From Candidatus Sumerlaeia bacterium (GTDB lineage Bacteria; Sumerlaeota; Sumerlaeia; SLMS01; JAHLLQ01): 64,000 bases of DNA. The stretch covers positions 5,384-69,383 of the forward strand of contig JANQSL010000050.1 in the NCBI GenBank assembly GCA_028284075.1, in the 5' to 3' direction. How positions within the stretch are numbered: the stretch's first letter is position 1; the number at the start of each line of letters is the position of its first letter. Shown piece after piece: positions 18,400-28,451 of the stretch. The notes under the pieces were generated by a model. That model was not told the origin of the DNA. It searched no databases and saw only the letters and a list, made by a program, of their open reading frames with translations. The position numbers were made by a program, and so were the translations under genes.

Positions 18400-19863
18400 C
18401 TAAGCGGCAACAACCGCTCCCGCAATCAGATAAAGAACCAGGGCAACCGCTGCGCAGGCCAGTGCATAAGGCAACTGCGTCTTGACGTGATCGATATGAT
18501 CGCACGCTGTCGCCATGGAGGAAACAACCGTGGTGTCGGAGATGGGAGAGCAGTGGTCACCGAAAACCCCGCCGCCGAGGATGGCTGCGATGGCTACGGC
18601 CAAACCTGCTCCTGTTCCTTCCGCCAGGGGAACGCCGATGGGAATCATGATGGCAAAGGTCCCCCAGGATGTTCCTGTTGAGAAGGCAATAAAACACGCC
18701 AAAAGGAACAGTACTCCGGGAACGAAGGCGCCTTTGAGAAACTGCGACCCGAACTCGGCCACAAAGTCGCCGGTGCCAAGCGCCTTGCACGTCGCGCCGA
18801 GGGCAAATGCGAGCATCATAATGATGGCCATCGGCATGAGACCGCCGGCACCTTTCAGAATCATCTCGAAAATTTCGTGCAGATTCATAATGCGCTGGAC
18901 GAGATACATGACTGCCGCAACGGCAATGGCGGCGAGAACAGCCCAGTAAACTGCGGTGGAACCCGAGCCTTCCGACATGATGTTGAAGAAGGTGATGTTC
19001 ATCTCACTCTCGCTCGCGAGAATCGACGAACGCCCGGTGATGTAGAGACCGGCGGGCATCATCACGATCATGGTGAAGATGGGAATCAACATGTTCCATT
19101 TGTTGTCGGTGATGCCCGGCTTGGGTTCGAGAGCGGTGATTTCCGTGGACATCATGGGAATGGCATCGTCGCGGAGCAGCTTGCCTTCTTCACGGGCACG
19201 TTTCTCTGCTTTCTTCATTCCGCCAACGTTGAAATTCGTGACGGCAACACCGAAGGTGACTCCGAGAGCAATGAGTGCATAGAAGTTGAGAGGAATGGAT
19301 TCGAAGAGCAGCAGGAGGGGATTCTCAACATCCTCCGTGCGAAGAAGACCCATGATGTACGCACCCCATGCGTTTAGCGGAATCAGGATGCAGATGGGGG
19401 CCGATGTGGAATCGCAGATGTAGGCGAGTTTCTCGCGGGCCATTTTAACCTTGTCGCTGAGGGGACGGGCCACGGAACCAACGACAAGGCAGGTGATGCT
19501 GGACTCGACAAAGACGGCCGTTCCCGTAAAAAAGGCAACAAGGCTGGCGGACCGATGAGTTTTGCCAAGATTGAGGGACTGCATCCACCGCACAAATCCG
19601 GCAACTCCTCCGGAGCGCTGGGTCAGAGTAATCAGAGAACCGACGAGGGCGCTGAAAAGAATAACCTTGGTGTTATAGCCATCGGCAAAAACATCGATCA
19701 GGGACTGGAGGGCGTCCGCCAGGCCGGTGAGAGGATTCCTGGCAAGGATCGTCCATCCCACCCAGATGCCCATAAAGAGAGAGAGAATAACCTGGCGTGT
19801 GATCAGGGCGCAGGCGATGGCGAGGAGAGGCGGAACCACGGTCCACCAGCCGAGTTCTGTCAT
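18400..19863 (-). CDS. nhaC: Na+/H+ antiporter NhaC family
   Basis: Multi-pass membrane protein with the NhaC-like pattern (GWWTVVPPLLAI..., SPISDTTVVSS). Internal ATG at 19863 chosen; the 5' part of the track ORF is non-membrane junk. Confidence 0.8.
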   Translation of the reverse strand: MTELGWWTVVPPLLAIACALITRQVILSLFMGIWVGWTILARNPLTGLADALQSLIDVFADGYNTKVILFSALVGSLITLTQRSGGVAGFVRWMQSLNLGKTHRSASLVAFFTGTAVFVESSITCLVVGSVARPLSDKVKMAREKLAYICDSTSAPICILIPLNAWGAYIMGLLRTEDVENPLLLLFESIPLNFYALIALGVTFGVAVTNFNVGGMKKAEKRAREEGKLLRDDAIPMMSTEITALEPKPGITDNKWNMLIPIFTMIVMMPAGLYITGRSSILASESEMNITFFNIMSEGSGSTAVYWAVLAAIAVAAVMYLVQRIMNLHEIFEMILKGAGGLMPMAIIMMLAFALGATCKALGTGDFVAEFGSQFLKGAFVPGVLFLLACFIAFSTGTSWGTFAIMIPIGVPLAEGTGAGLAVAIAAILGGGVFGDHCSPISDTTVVSSMATACDHIDHVKTQLPYALACAAVALVLYLIAGAVVAA

Positions 19864-20026
19864 GAAGGGCTCCGAGTGTGAATGCTGGCGGACGATCCTC
19901 GACACCGCCTGCACATCGACAAGAGAAAACCGCCTTTCGGCTTGTTTCCCGGCGCGAGGAGGATCAGCTCGAACGGGGCAACAGGGTGCCCGGGGCCGAG
20001 CCCGCGGCCAATTGACGAAGACGGAG

Positions 20027-20887
20027 ATGGCAATGAACACGAAGGTCAATTTCCTGATACTTGCGTTTTTTGGAATTTTCGGGATTAGCGGGTGCGAAAC
20101 GTTCAATGCGATGCTCGCGACGGCCCCGAAGCCGGAGGTGTCGTTTCGTAACCTGTCGGTGAAGGATATCAAGACAGACTCGGCGGAATTGCTGGCAGAG
20201 CTGGAGGTATCGAACCCCTACGCAGTCCCTCTGCTGGCCGAAGGAATCGGTTTCGCTCTTGCGAGTGGCGAGTCACCAATCCTTTCAGGAGCCACGGAGG
20301 ATGGCTTTCGTGTACCCGCAGGATCGTCGGCGTCCGTGCCGGTGGCGGTCACACTCCCCTACAGCGATGTCATGAAGGCGGTCAGCGGAGTACGCCTGGG
20401 CCAGGTGTTGCCCTATACACTGGACCTTGATGTGGACGTGACGGGGCAGGGAATCGCACCACTCGGTTTCGATCTGCAAAAGTCCGGTGAAGTACCTGTC
20501 CCGAATGTACCGGAGGTGAAAGTGAAAGGAGTGGAATGGGAGGACCTGAGTCTGGCAGGTGCTCGGGGCAACGTTGGGCTCTCGCTGAAAAACACGAACG
20601 AGTTTCCCATGACACTGGCGGCAATGGAGTATGCACTCTCATTGAGCGGGTACGATGTTTCAGAAGGATCGCTTGCAACAGAAGTACTGGAGCTCGCGCC
20701 CGGCGAAAGCGGGGACCTGAATCTCGGCTTTGCGGTCCGACCACAGGATCTTGGTTTCGCGGCGTTCCGTGCACTCTCCGGTGGAGACGCCGATTTTCGC
20801 CTGAAGGGACTCGTGGACACGAAAACGCCATTCGGTCCAATGAAGCTTGATTTCGATCGCGAGGGACGAACGGTGCTGAGGAAATAA
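20027..20887 (+). CDS. Lipoprotein with tandem LEA_2/WHy-like domains
   Basis: Signal plus lipobox (FGISGC). Repeated pattern SFRNLSVKDI...LEVSNPY.. and VEWEDLSL...LSLKNTNEFP typical of late-embryogenesis-abundant type 2 domains. Confidence 0.6.
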   Translation: MAMNTKVNFLILAFFGIFGISGCETFNAMLATAPKPEVSFRNLSVKDIKTDSAELLAELEVSNPYAVPLLAEGIGFALASGESPILSGATEDGFRVPAGSSASVPVAVTLPYSDVMKAVSGVRLGQVLPYTLDLDVDVTGQGIAPLGFDLQKSGEVPVPNVPEVKVKGVEWEDLSLAGARGNVGLSLKNTNEFPMTLAAMEYALSLSGYDVSEGSLATEVLELAPGESGDLNLGFAVRPQDLGFAAFRALSGGDADFRLKGLVDTKTPFGPMKLDFDREGRTVLRK

Positions 20888-20960
20888 CAGACTGACGAAA
20901 AGCACTGGCGTCCGCTTCAGAGTGCATCCACCATTGGGTGCCTACGATCTGGAGCTAAAG

Positions 20961-22295
20961 ATGACAACCATGTCCGCCGAAACACTGCATATCAGCCTGA
21001 TTGAAAAAATCGAGAACCGCACCGCTGTCATAGGTGTCGTGGGGCTGGGCTACGTGGGACTGCCGTTGGTTCTGGAGTTTCATCGGAAGGACTTTCCGGT
21101 CGTGGGATTCGATATCGATCCCGAAAAGATCGAGCTGCTGAAGAAGTCGCAGACTTACATTCGTCACATTCCCGACAAAAGCCTGAGGGAACTCAACACA
21201 TCGGGACGGTTTTCGGCAACGACGGATTTTGCACGCGTTCGTGAATGCGATGCGGTCTTGTTGTGCGTGCCGACACCTCTGACGTCAAACCGTGAACCCG
21301 ACATGCGGTTTGTTGTGGGAACATGCGAGGCCATCGGACCACACGTCACACCAGGCACGATGGTCATTCTGGAGTCCACGACCTATCCGGGCACGACACG
21401 AGAGGTTATGGTACCGATTCTGGACGAACAATCGGGACTGAAAGCCGGTGAAGAGTACTTCGTCGCCTATTCGCCGGAGCGTGAGGATCCCAACAACGCA
21501 AATTTCAGCACGTCGACAATTCCAAAGGTTGTGGGTGCCCTGTCACCAAAAGGTCTGGCGGCCGCAGTGGCCTTGTATGACAGCGTTGTTGTGGAAACGG
21601 TGCCTGTCTCGTCCTGCGATGCCGCTGAAGCAACAAAGCTGGTGGAGAATATTTTCCGCTGCGTCAATATCGCGATGGTCAATGAACTGAAAGTCGTGTT
21701 CCAGCGAATGGGAATCGACATCTGGGAAGTCATCGATGCGGCAAAAACAAAGCCGTTCGGGTTCATGCCGTTCTATCCGGGACCGGGCCTGGGTGGTCAC
21801 TGCATTCCCATCGATCCCTTCTATCTGACATGGAAGGCGCGCGAGTTTGACATGCCGACAAAATTCATCGAACTGGCCGGCGAGATCAACGCACAGATGC
21901 CCTACTATGTGGTACAGCGAACGATGGATGCACTCAATGAACACGGAAAAGCGCTCAAGGGAAGCCGTCTACTTCTGGTGGGACTGGCTTACAAGAAGGA
22001 CGTGGACGATCAGCGGGAGAGCCCGACGCTGAAACTGCTGGAGCTGTTCGAGGAAAAGGGCGCAAAAGCGGACTATCATGATCCTCACATCCCTCTCCTC
22101 AAGCCAACACGGGATCATCCGAAACTGACAGGGCGATCAAGCGTTGCGATTGAAAGGGCGGGTGAATATGATTGTGTGCTCATTGCCACGGACCATTCGT
22201 CGATTGATTATTCGGGACTCGCGAAGACGGCAAACCTGATTGTGGACACTCGTAATGCAATTGGCGCGAGTGCGCCAAATATCTTCAAGGCGTGA
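20961..22295 (+). CDS. Nucleotide-sugar dehydrogenase (UDP-N-acetyl-D-hexosamine 6-dehydrogenase type)
   Basis: GVVGLGYVGLPL Rossmann motif and GGHCIPIDP catalytic Cys motif. Overall WecC/WbpA/Cap5O-like pattern. Confidence 0.85.
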   Translation: MTTMSAETLHISLIEKIENRTAVIGVVGLGYVGLPLVLEFHRKDFPVVGFDIDPEKIELLKKSQTYIRHIPDKSLRELNTSGRFSATTDFARVRECDAVLLCVPTPLTSNREPDMRFVVGTCEAIGPHVTPGTMVILESTTYPGTTREVMVPILDEQSGLKAGEEYFVAYSPEREDPNNANFSTSTIPKVVGALSPKGLAAAVALYDSVVVETVPVSSCDAAEATKLVENIFRCVNIAMVNELKVVFQRMGIDIWEVIDAAKTKPFGFMPFYPGPGLGGHCIPIDPFYLTWKAREFDMPTKFIELAGEINAQMPYYVVQRTMDALNEHGKALKGSRLLLVGLAYKKDVDDQRESPTLKLLELFEEKGAKADYHDPHIPLLKPTRDHPKLTGRSSVAIERAGEYDCVLIATDHSSIDYSGLAKTANLIVDTRNAIGASAPNIFKA

Positions 22296-22302
22296 CAAGA
22301 CG

Positions 22303-23277
22303 ATGACACAGACCTGTCTCCTGACCGGCGGAGCCGGATTTATCGGCAGCCATCTTGCCGAGCGACTGATTGAGGAAGGTCATCGGGTGATCGTACTCGA
22401 CGATTTGTCGACGGGACGGTATGCCAACATCGAGGGACTGGACCGGAAACACGCTTCCTCGGGACGGTTCAAATTCATCTGTGATACGGTTCTGCACGAA
22501 CGCGTTGTGGAAGAGGTCGTGCGAGAGGCGGACTGCATATTCCATCTGGCATCGGCGGTAGGCGTGAACCTGATCATGGATCAGCCGGTGCGCACGATCG
22601 AGACAATCTTTGGTGGCACGGACACGGTACTGCGCTGCGCGGCAAGGTATCGCCGGCGAACGATGATCTTCTCAACCTCGGAGGTTTATGGAAAGTCCAC
22701 CGATGTCCCGTTCCGCGAGGACGGAGACCGGCTCGAGGGAGCGACAACAAAACATCGTTGGGCCTATGCCTGCGCGAAAGCACTGGACGAATTTCTTGCG
22801 CTGGCTCACTGGAAACAAAGCCGCCTTCCCGTTGTTGTCGTTCGTCTCTTCAATACGGTGGGCCCACGCCAGACGGGCCAGTATGGGATGGTTCTGCCGA
22901 ACTTCGTGAAGTCGGCACTCGCGAATGAACCAATTCGTGTGTTCGGCGACGGCCGGCAAACCCGCTGTTTTTGTCACGTGCTCGATGTGGTGGACGCGCT
23001 GGCGGGGCTGATGAAAAGCACGGAAGCGGATGGTGAGGTGTTCAATATTGGATCGAGTGAAGAAATCACGATCCTCAAGCTGGCGGAGGAAGTTGTCAGC
23101 CTGACATCGAGCGATTCAGAGATCGTCCTGGTGCCTTACAAGGAGGCCTATGGCGACGAGGGCTTCGAGGACATGCAGCGGCGCCTGCCCAGCATTGAAA
23201 AAATCGGCGCGCTGACAGGCTGGAAACCGAAACGGAATCTTGAGCAAATCGTCACTGACGTGAAATCATCGGTGTGA
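22303..23277 (+). CDS. NAD-dependent epimerase/dehydratase (extended SDR)
   Basis: LTGGAGFIGSHL and YACAK (YxxxK) motifs, plus RLFNTVGPRQ. Confidence 0.8.
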   Translation: MTQTCLLTGGAGFIGSHLAERLIEEGHRVIVLDDLSTGRYANIEGLDRKHASSGRFKFICDTVLHERVVEEVVREADCIFHLASAVGVNLIMDQPVRTIETIFGGTDTVLRCAARYRRRTMIFSTSEVYGKSTDVPFREDGDRLEGATTKHRWAYACAKALDEFLALAHWKQSRLPVVVVRLFNTVGPRQTGQYGMVLPNFVKSALANEPIRVFGDGRQTRCFCHVLDVVDALAGLMKSTEADGEVFNIGSSEEITILKLAEEVVSLTSSDSEIVLVPYKEAYGDEGFEDMQRRLPSIEKIGALTGWKPKRNLEQIVTDVKSSV

Positions 23278-23278
23278 T

Positions 23279-24388
23279 TCACAGGCGTGACACGGGCGTG
23301 AACAAACCAAACTCGTAGTACCCCGCATCGACTGTGGAACTGAAGGGCCCTCCGAGAAGCTCACAGGCGGAGTAACCATCCACGAACATCCATGCGACAA
23401 ACAGCCATCGACGCATCCGCGAATCGGGAATCAGAACGAGCATCGGTATCATCGCCAGCCAGTACCAGAAGAGGGTGTGAGGCGACGTGCGCATGATCAG
23501 CAAAAACAGAATCGCGGGAAGAAGGGCCGCAAGATTCCGGGTCTTCCAGACCGCGAACGCCAACAGACCTGTCATCGTCCAGACGGCCAGCTGCATCCAG
23601 ATATCAAGGCCCGGAGGCATTCCTTTCATGTACTCCGGAATCGGCAGCCAATGGAAGAGATTCAGCGTCATGGGAGTGCTGTACTTGAGTACGTTTCCCA
23701 CGGCGGGATAAAAGAAGAGTGCCGCAAAGGTCGGCAGACAGCCTGCCAGGAATCCTGCTGCCGAGGCCATTACAGTTTTGGATTTGGAATCATCGAACTT
23801 CCATACCTTCCACAGAAACCACGGCAACAGCGCCACGACCAGCAGCTTTGTTTGAATCGCCAGTGCAAGAAGACAAAACGCTGCAACGACAAAGCGACGG
23901 TTCAGGGCGAGGATTGCCAGGAGAGCCAGAAAAGTCTGCAGGACTTCGTATTGTCCCTCTCTGGAGGTCCACCATATCGCCGCCGGAGCCCACAGCACAA
24001 TAACCCCACACCACTTGTCACCGGTGATCCGGGCGACAAGCCACGCGTTGATACATTCGAACAAAGTGAGCAGGAGCTTTGCGGCGAACACACTGGAATG
24101 TATCGTCGTCAGTATTGAAAAAAAGAGCAGTGCAACAGGTGGATAGTTATAGGGGTTTCGAGCCCAGGAAATCCATGACAGATGGGGCGCGAAGTCGATA
24201 ATGGCCTCGCCGGCAAGAGCCGGACCGGCCGTCAATACACCAACGCCATACACAAGATGGCGGACAACATCTCCCGTGTTGGCCGGTACCTGAGTGCATT
24301 GGTACAGCCGCACGAGGACTGCGATGCCAATGAATGCGTACATCGCCGGATGCATGCGATCCCATCGACTGTTTGCATCCACCTTCAT
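23279..24388 (-). CDS. Polytopic membrane protein, possible GT-C type glycosyltransferase (DUF2029/PMT_2-like)
   Basis: About 10 predicted hydrophobic helices. Context is next to sugar-nucleotide genes. No catalytic motif confirmed. Confidence 0.45.
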   Translation of the reverse strand: MKVDANSRWDRMHPAMYAFIGIAVLVRLYQCTQVPANTGDVVRHLVYGVGVLTAGPALAGEAIIDFAPHLSWISWARNPYNYPPVALLFFSILTTIHSSVFAAKLLLTLFECINAWLVARITGDKWCGVIVLWAPAAIWWTSREGQYEVLQTFLALLAILALNRRFVVAAFCLLALAIQTKLLVVALLPWFLWKVWKFDDSKSKTVMASAAGFLAGCLPTFAALFFYPAVGNVLKYSTPMTLNLFHWLPIPEYMKGMPPGLDIWMQLAVWTMTGLLAFAVWKTRNLAALLPAILFLLIMRTSPHTLFWYWLAMIPMLVLIPDSRMRRWLFVAWMFVDGYSACELLGGPFSSTVDAGYYEFGLFTPVSRL

Positions 24389-24389
24389 G

Positions 24390-25829
24390 TCAGATCAGAT
24401 CGCGGAGGCGCTTGTTGGCATCGAGATCAGACGTGGCGGTCGCGAACGACCGAACGGAGTCCACAAGACGCGACCGCACTTCGGACTTATCGTGAGGAAT
24501 TGAATCGACGCCCGCATTTTCAAGGCGCTCGATCACGTCGTTTACGCGCAATTCTTCAATATCCATTGCAGGTTGATAGGCAATCTCGCGATCACGGCGC
24601 CGTTTGACCTCTGACAGCACTTCGGCGTCGACGAGACGGTTCAGTACATCTTTGACAACCTGGTAAGGAACACCGATTCGTTGAGCGATTTCTTCGGCAT
24701 CGAGGGGTGGATCGCCGTTGGCAAAAGGCTGAACGCATTCACGAACGATGGAGAGAGCGGTCAGCTTGATAAATCGCGGACTGGCACGCCGGGCGTCCTG
24801 TTCGAATTCGCTGACTTCGCTGAACTGGTGAGCAAAGGCGAACTCAGCTCCCAGTAACACGATCATCCACGAAAGCTGCACCCACGTCAGAAAAAGCGGG
24901 AGCGCCGCGAAACTTCCGTATATTGCACCCGCCTTCGAAACACCGACCTGAAACTGAATGAAGATCTGAAGCAGAAGATTATAAAGAATCGCGGCAAAAA
25001 AGCCTCCCGACAGAGCGGACACGAACTTGATTTTCCCGTTGGGCATGAAAATGTAAACGATCGTAAGCAGAAGAGTTATGGTGAAGAACGGCAAAAACCG
25101 GATCGCAACCCCCGCCGGACCGGAAACAAGTTCGAGAAGCCAGCCGGAGTCTTCGGAATTCAGTGCAACCTCCACAAATCCCTTCGCACTCATACCTACC
25201 ACAAAAAGAATCGGCGAGATAATCATAAGAGAAAGATAATCGCTGAAACGCCTCGCCCAGGTTCGCGGCTGCTTGACAAGCCACACGTCATTGAATGCCA
25301 GTTCGATGTTACTGAGAAGTTTGATTACCGTCCAAAGCAGGAAAATCACACCAATACCGGCGATGACACCTCCACGGGTTTGCTCAAGCATGTTAACGGC
25401 AAAGTCGATGGCACGATCAACAACTTCCGTAATCTGTGAACTCGGTTCACCGGACGTATCACTTTCAGTGATGTCACCGACCACTTCCTCTTCAATACCA
25501 TCCTGAACGGGAATTGTCTCTCCACTCTCTCCGGCGCCGGACGGCAACACGACGGCAACGTTGTCACGGACAATCTCCGCAAGCCGCTGATCCATGCCAA
25601 AACCCTTGGCAATACCAAAGGCCAAGGCCAGAACCGGAACGATGGACATCAGGGTGTAGAAAGTGAGAGCTGATGCTCTCAGAGTGCACTTGTCTTTCTT
25701 GAAGTCACGAACCGTCAGAATCACCATTCGCAGCATGCGCAGCCACAGCCGCCGCGGCATGGGTTCGCGGGACAGGCGCATGTGCCAGAGGTCGTATTCA
25801 ACGAACTTGCGGATTCCGCCGACTTTCAT
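24390..25829 (-). CDS. YihY/BrkB family membrane protein with C-terminal soluble extension
   Basis: RASALTFYTLMSIVPVLALAFGI and downstream hydrophobic helices typical of the YihY family. The C-terminal part of about 130 aa is helical and soluble. Confidence 0.75.
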   Translation of the reverse strand: MKVGGIRKFVEYDLWHMRLSREPMPRRLWLRMLRMVILTVRDFKKDKCTLRASALTFYTLMSIVPVLALAFGIAKGFGMDQRLAEIVRDNVAVVLPSGAGESGETIPVQDGIEEEVVGDITESDTSGEPSSQITEVVDRAIDFAVNMLEQTRGGVIAGIGVIFLLWTVIKLLSNIELAFNDVWLVKQPRTWARRFSDYLSLMIISPILFVVGMSAKGFVEVALNSEDSGWLLELVSGPAGVAIRFLPFFTITLLLTIVYIFMPNGKIKFVSALSGGFFAAILYNLLLQIFIQFQVGVSKAGAIYGSFAALPLFLTWVQLSWMIVLLGAEFAFAHQFSEVSEFEQDARRASPRFIKLTALSIVRECVQPFANGDPPLDAEEIAQRIGVPYQVVKDVLNRLVDAEVLSEVKRRRDREIAYQPAMDIEELRVNDVIERLENAGVDSIPHDKSEVRSRLVDSVRSFATATSDLDANKRLRDLI

Positions 25830-25883
25830 GAGCGTTGCTTCCCGCGGTGGAGACAGGGTGGCAAGCCTTGCTGTGACTTCCGG

Positions 25884-27404
25884 CTAGCGAAACAAAAGCA
25901 CATCCGCCGGTATGCCGCCCTGTTGGTCGAAATCGAAATCCACAATGATGGGAAGGTGATCAGACGCCAGGCTGTCCGTCGACTGCAGCCCTGCGGCCGC
26001 GAGATCGGGTCCGGGTATTTCAGGTGTAAAGAGAACAAACCGGCGCGGCACAGCCGCTGTGTCGACAGTGTAAAAGAGCCAGTCCAGGCGCCCCGGGCCG
26101 AAGGAAGAGCCGGGATTATACCAGGTGAAGGTCCTGCGGGAGTGCGTGTGACGGGTGGTGACAGCTGTGAGAGAACCGTTTCCCCGTCCGGGTAAAAAGT
26201 CCGCCCCCCATGTGCCGTTGTCAATGAGATCACCGTCGCGAAGAGTCCTCAGCTGCCGCCGAAAACCAACCATGTTGAAGTCGCCCGTCATCACGGCGGT
26301 ACTCATGGAGTCGATGGAAAACGGCCCCGTTCCGTTCAGTAGATTTCGCCATGTCGCGGAGATCTGATCGTGTTCGAAATCGCGACCGGACTCATTGTTG
26401 CAACATGGTGTGTGTGCATTAAACAGAATCAGATTTTGTTCGGAAACCGCTTCGGGGAGATCAATGTGGGCCACATGATTACCGCTCAGCGGGGCAACGT
26501 TGAGAATAGGCCATGAAGAGATGGTAACCGTGTCGGAATTGCGTCCGATGGACCAGCTTCTTCCGCCGGGCGCGGGATAGTTGTCGTTGAAAAACTGCAA
26601 AACATCGCTGTTGTCCCAGTCATCGGTCCTGACCTCCTGCCATGCGACGATATCCGGTTGCACGGCATTAAGAATGCGGGCAAAGGGCTGCGGATTGAAC
26701 TGCGGCGTTGTGTTGAGGACGTTTTGAATCAGCAAACGCATATCGGTGCCGTCTGCACGTGACAGTGGAATCACTTCCGGATCCGAAATGTTATCAGGGG
26801 AGATCGTGTAGCGGGTCGTGCCATTGTCGGGAAATCGATCGTCTGAGATGGAATCCTGCAGGTAGAAGTCGACGTTACCCGATGTTCTCCACACCACCGG
26901 GTTCCCGAAATCGGGCCGGACCTCATAGGGAATCCGAATCTCAAAAGTCTCGGAAGTGTGAGTCGGCAGGCCAATATAGCCCGCTTCATAGATTGAAAGT
27001 GTGGTAAAGAACCCATTGGCGGCATAAGACCGGGCGGAACGAGTACCAAGGCGGATCTCCAGTTCAGCTCCAAGACCGCCAACGGATCTGCCGGTGGAAG
27101 GGTTGGCATCCCCGTCGAGGTAAAGGGTGATTCGGCTTCCGAGGCGGCTGGTGTCGGTCTCCTGAAGCAGTGTCTCCCCCGCCAAAGTCAAAAGAAGATA
27201 CAAAGCCTCGTCATCATTTGCAACTTTCAAGGAGACAAAGTCCGCTCCTTCACCGCTGGTATCGCCGATGGAATCAGCTGCATGGACGGCAATGCCGGCC
27301 CATTCGTCCGGCCGACCGTCGTGCAGGACAGCAAGTGCCTCACCGAAAACCGGAAAAGCGGCTACGAGATATGGAAAGAGTGCTGTAAGTTTGAAGAGTC
27401 TCAT
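25884..27404 (-). CDS. Secreted endonuclease/exonuclease/phosphatase (EEP) family protein with N-terminal beta-rich domain
   Basis: Signal peptide. C-terminal half has PDIVAWQEV...FNAH...TGDFN...SDHLPI EEP signature motifs. Confidence 0.7.
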   Translation of the reverse strand: MRLFKLTALFPYLVAAFPVFGEALAVLHDGRPDEWAGIAVHAADSIGDTSGEGADFVSLKVANDDEALYLLLTLAGETLLQETDTSRLGSRITLYLDGDANPSTGRSVGGLGAELEIRLGTRSARSYAANGFFTTLSIYEAGYIGLPTHTSETFEIRIPYEVRPDFGNPVVWRTSGNVDFYLQDSISDDRFPDNGTTRYTISPDNISDPEVIPLSRADGTDMRLLIQNVLNTTPQFNPQPFARILNAVQPDIVAWQEVRTDDWDNSDVLQFFNDNYPAPGGRSWSIGRNSDTVTISSWPILNVAPLSGNHVAHIDLPEAVSEQNLILFNAHTPCCNNESGRDFEHDQISATWRNLLNGTGPFSIDSMSTAVMTGDFNMVGFRRQLRTLRDGDLIDNGTWGADFLPGRGNGSLTAVTTRHTHSRRTFTWYNPGSSFGPGRLDWLFYTVDTAAVPRRFVLFTPEIPGPDLAAAGLQSTDSLASDHLPIIVDFDFDQQGGIPADVLLFR

Positions 27405-27512
27405 GCGAACCTGTTGGCGTCGCCGGACAGGCAGGGACGGTCAATGGATTTTGAGTCCGGCGATTGGAGTTGTATGCTTGACCGGTTTGGCTGCGTGCGG
27501 CATCGGTGAGTT

Positions 27513-28451
27513 ATGTCTATCAAATCTCAAAACCCCACTCCTCCCGGTGCAAAATTCCGCAAGCCATGGGAGGACGCCGTCTCAAGTGCGGAAGAGCAAA
27601 TTGCAAGGGACCCGAAGGATGTCGGAGCGCACTGCGATCTGGCGGAAAATCTGATTACATTGTGGTGTTACGGATACCTGCGGCGGGATGAGTCCGTTCC
27701 ACGCGCACGGCAGGCAGTCGACGCGGCCCTTGGGGTTGATTCTGCCATGGCGCAGGCCGTGATGCTCGACGGGATTCTGGCCTTTGCGGACTGGAACTGG
27801 ACCGCCGCGGAAACAAAGCTGCGGCGAGCGGTGGCTCTTGATTCCAAATCGGGTCCGGCCCTGCACTGGCTTGCATTGTTTCTTGCAGCAATGGGCCGCT
27901 TCGACGAAGCTATTCCGATTTCCGAAAAGTCCGCGGAGCTCGATGATTCGCTACGTCTTGGACTTGGATCGATTCTGTATTTTGCGCATGACTTCGAGCG
28001 TCTCGCTCATGTCATGGAGGACTTGATTGCGGATCAGCCCGATTACGCTCCCGGATACGACTGGCTTGGCATGGCATATGTCCAGCTTGAGCGCTTTGAC
28101 GACTCGATCCGAGTCTATCGTCGAGCCGTGGAACTTGGTGATGGAACCGTGGAAATCGCAGCGGGTCTGGGACATGCATACGGTATCGCGGGACGTGAGA
28201 AGGAAGCTCGGGAAATTCTCGATGAATTCCTGACTCTCTCAAAGTCGTGCCACATTCCACCGGTGCAAATCGCTTATGTCGCGTTTGGAGTGAATGAGAC
28301 AGATCTTGGAATGGAATTGCTGGAACGAGCCTGTGAAGACAAGTCATGGTTCCTCGCATTCGCGGGAGTGGAGCCATGGCTCGATCACCTCCGGGGTACC
28401 CCGCGCTTCTCCGAACTTCTTGAGCGAATGAACCTTCCGGCACAGCCATGA
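27513..28451 (+). CDS. TPR repeat protein
   Basis: Repeated 34-aa helical motifs (FDEAIPISEKSAELDD, FDDSIRVYRRAVELGD). Confidence 0.6.
   Translation: MSIKSQNPTPPGAKFRKPWEDAVSSAEEQIARDPKDVGAHCDLAENLITLWCYGYLRRDESVPRARQAVDAALGVDSAMAQAVMLDGILAFADWNWTAAETKLRRAVALDSKSGPALHWLALFLAAMGRFDEAIPISEKSAELDDSLRLGLGSILYFAHDFERLAHVMEDLIADQPDYAPGYDWLGMAYVQLERFDDSIRVYRRAVELGDGTVEIAAGLGHAYGIAGREKEAREILDEFLTLSKSCHIPPVQIAYVAFGVNETDLGMELLERACEDKSWFLAFAGVEPWLDHLRGTPRFSELLERMNLPAQP

Noticed and set aside
17454-18485. 343-aa plus-strand ORF almost exactly antiparallel to the 17469..18425 minus-strand ORF. Similar long antisense ORFs lie at 46275..47354 (opposite the MFS gene), 49634..50701 (opposite leuA), 36550..37401 and 38130..38951 (opposite cyt c and actF), 54051..55247, 6990..7688 and 7899..8648.
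   Set aside because: The partners carry clear family motifs or protein-like composition. These ORFs are Arg/Gly/Pro-rich and motif-free. Long shadow ORFs are expected in GC-rich DNA, so I found no evidence for overlapping genes.
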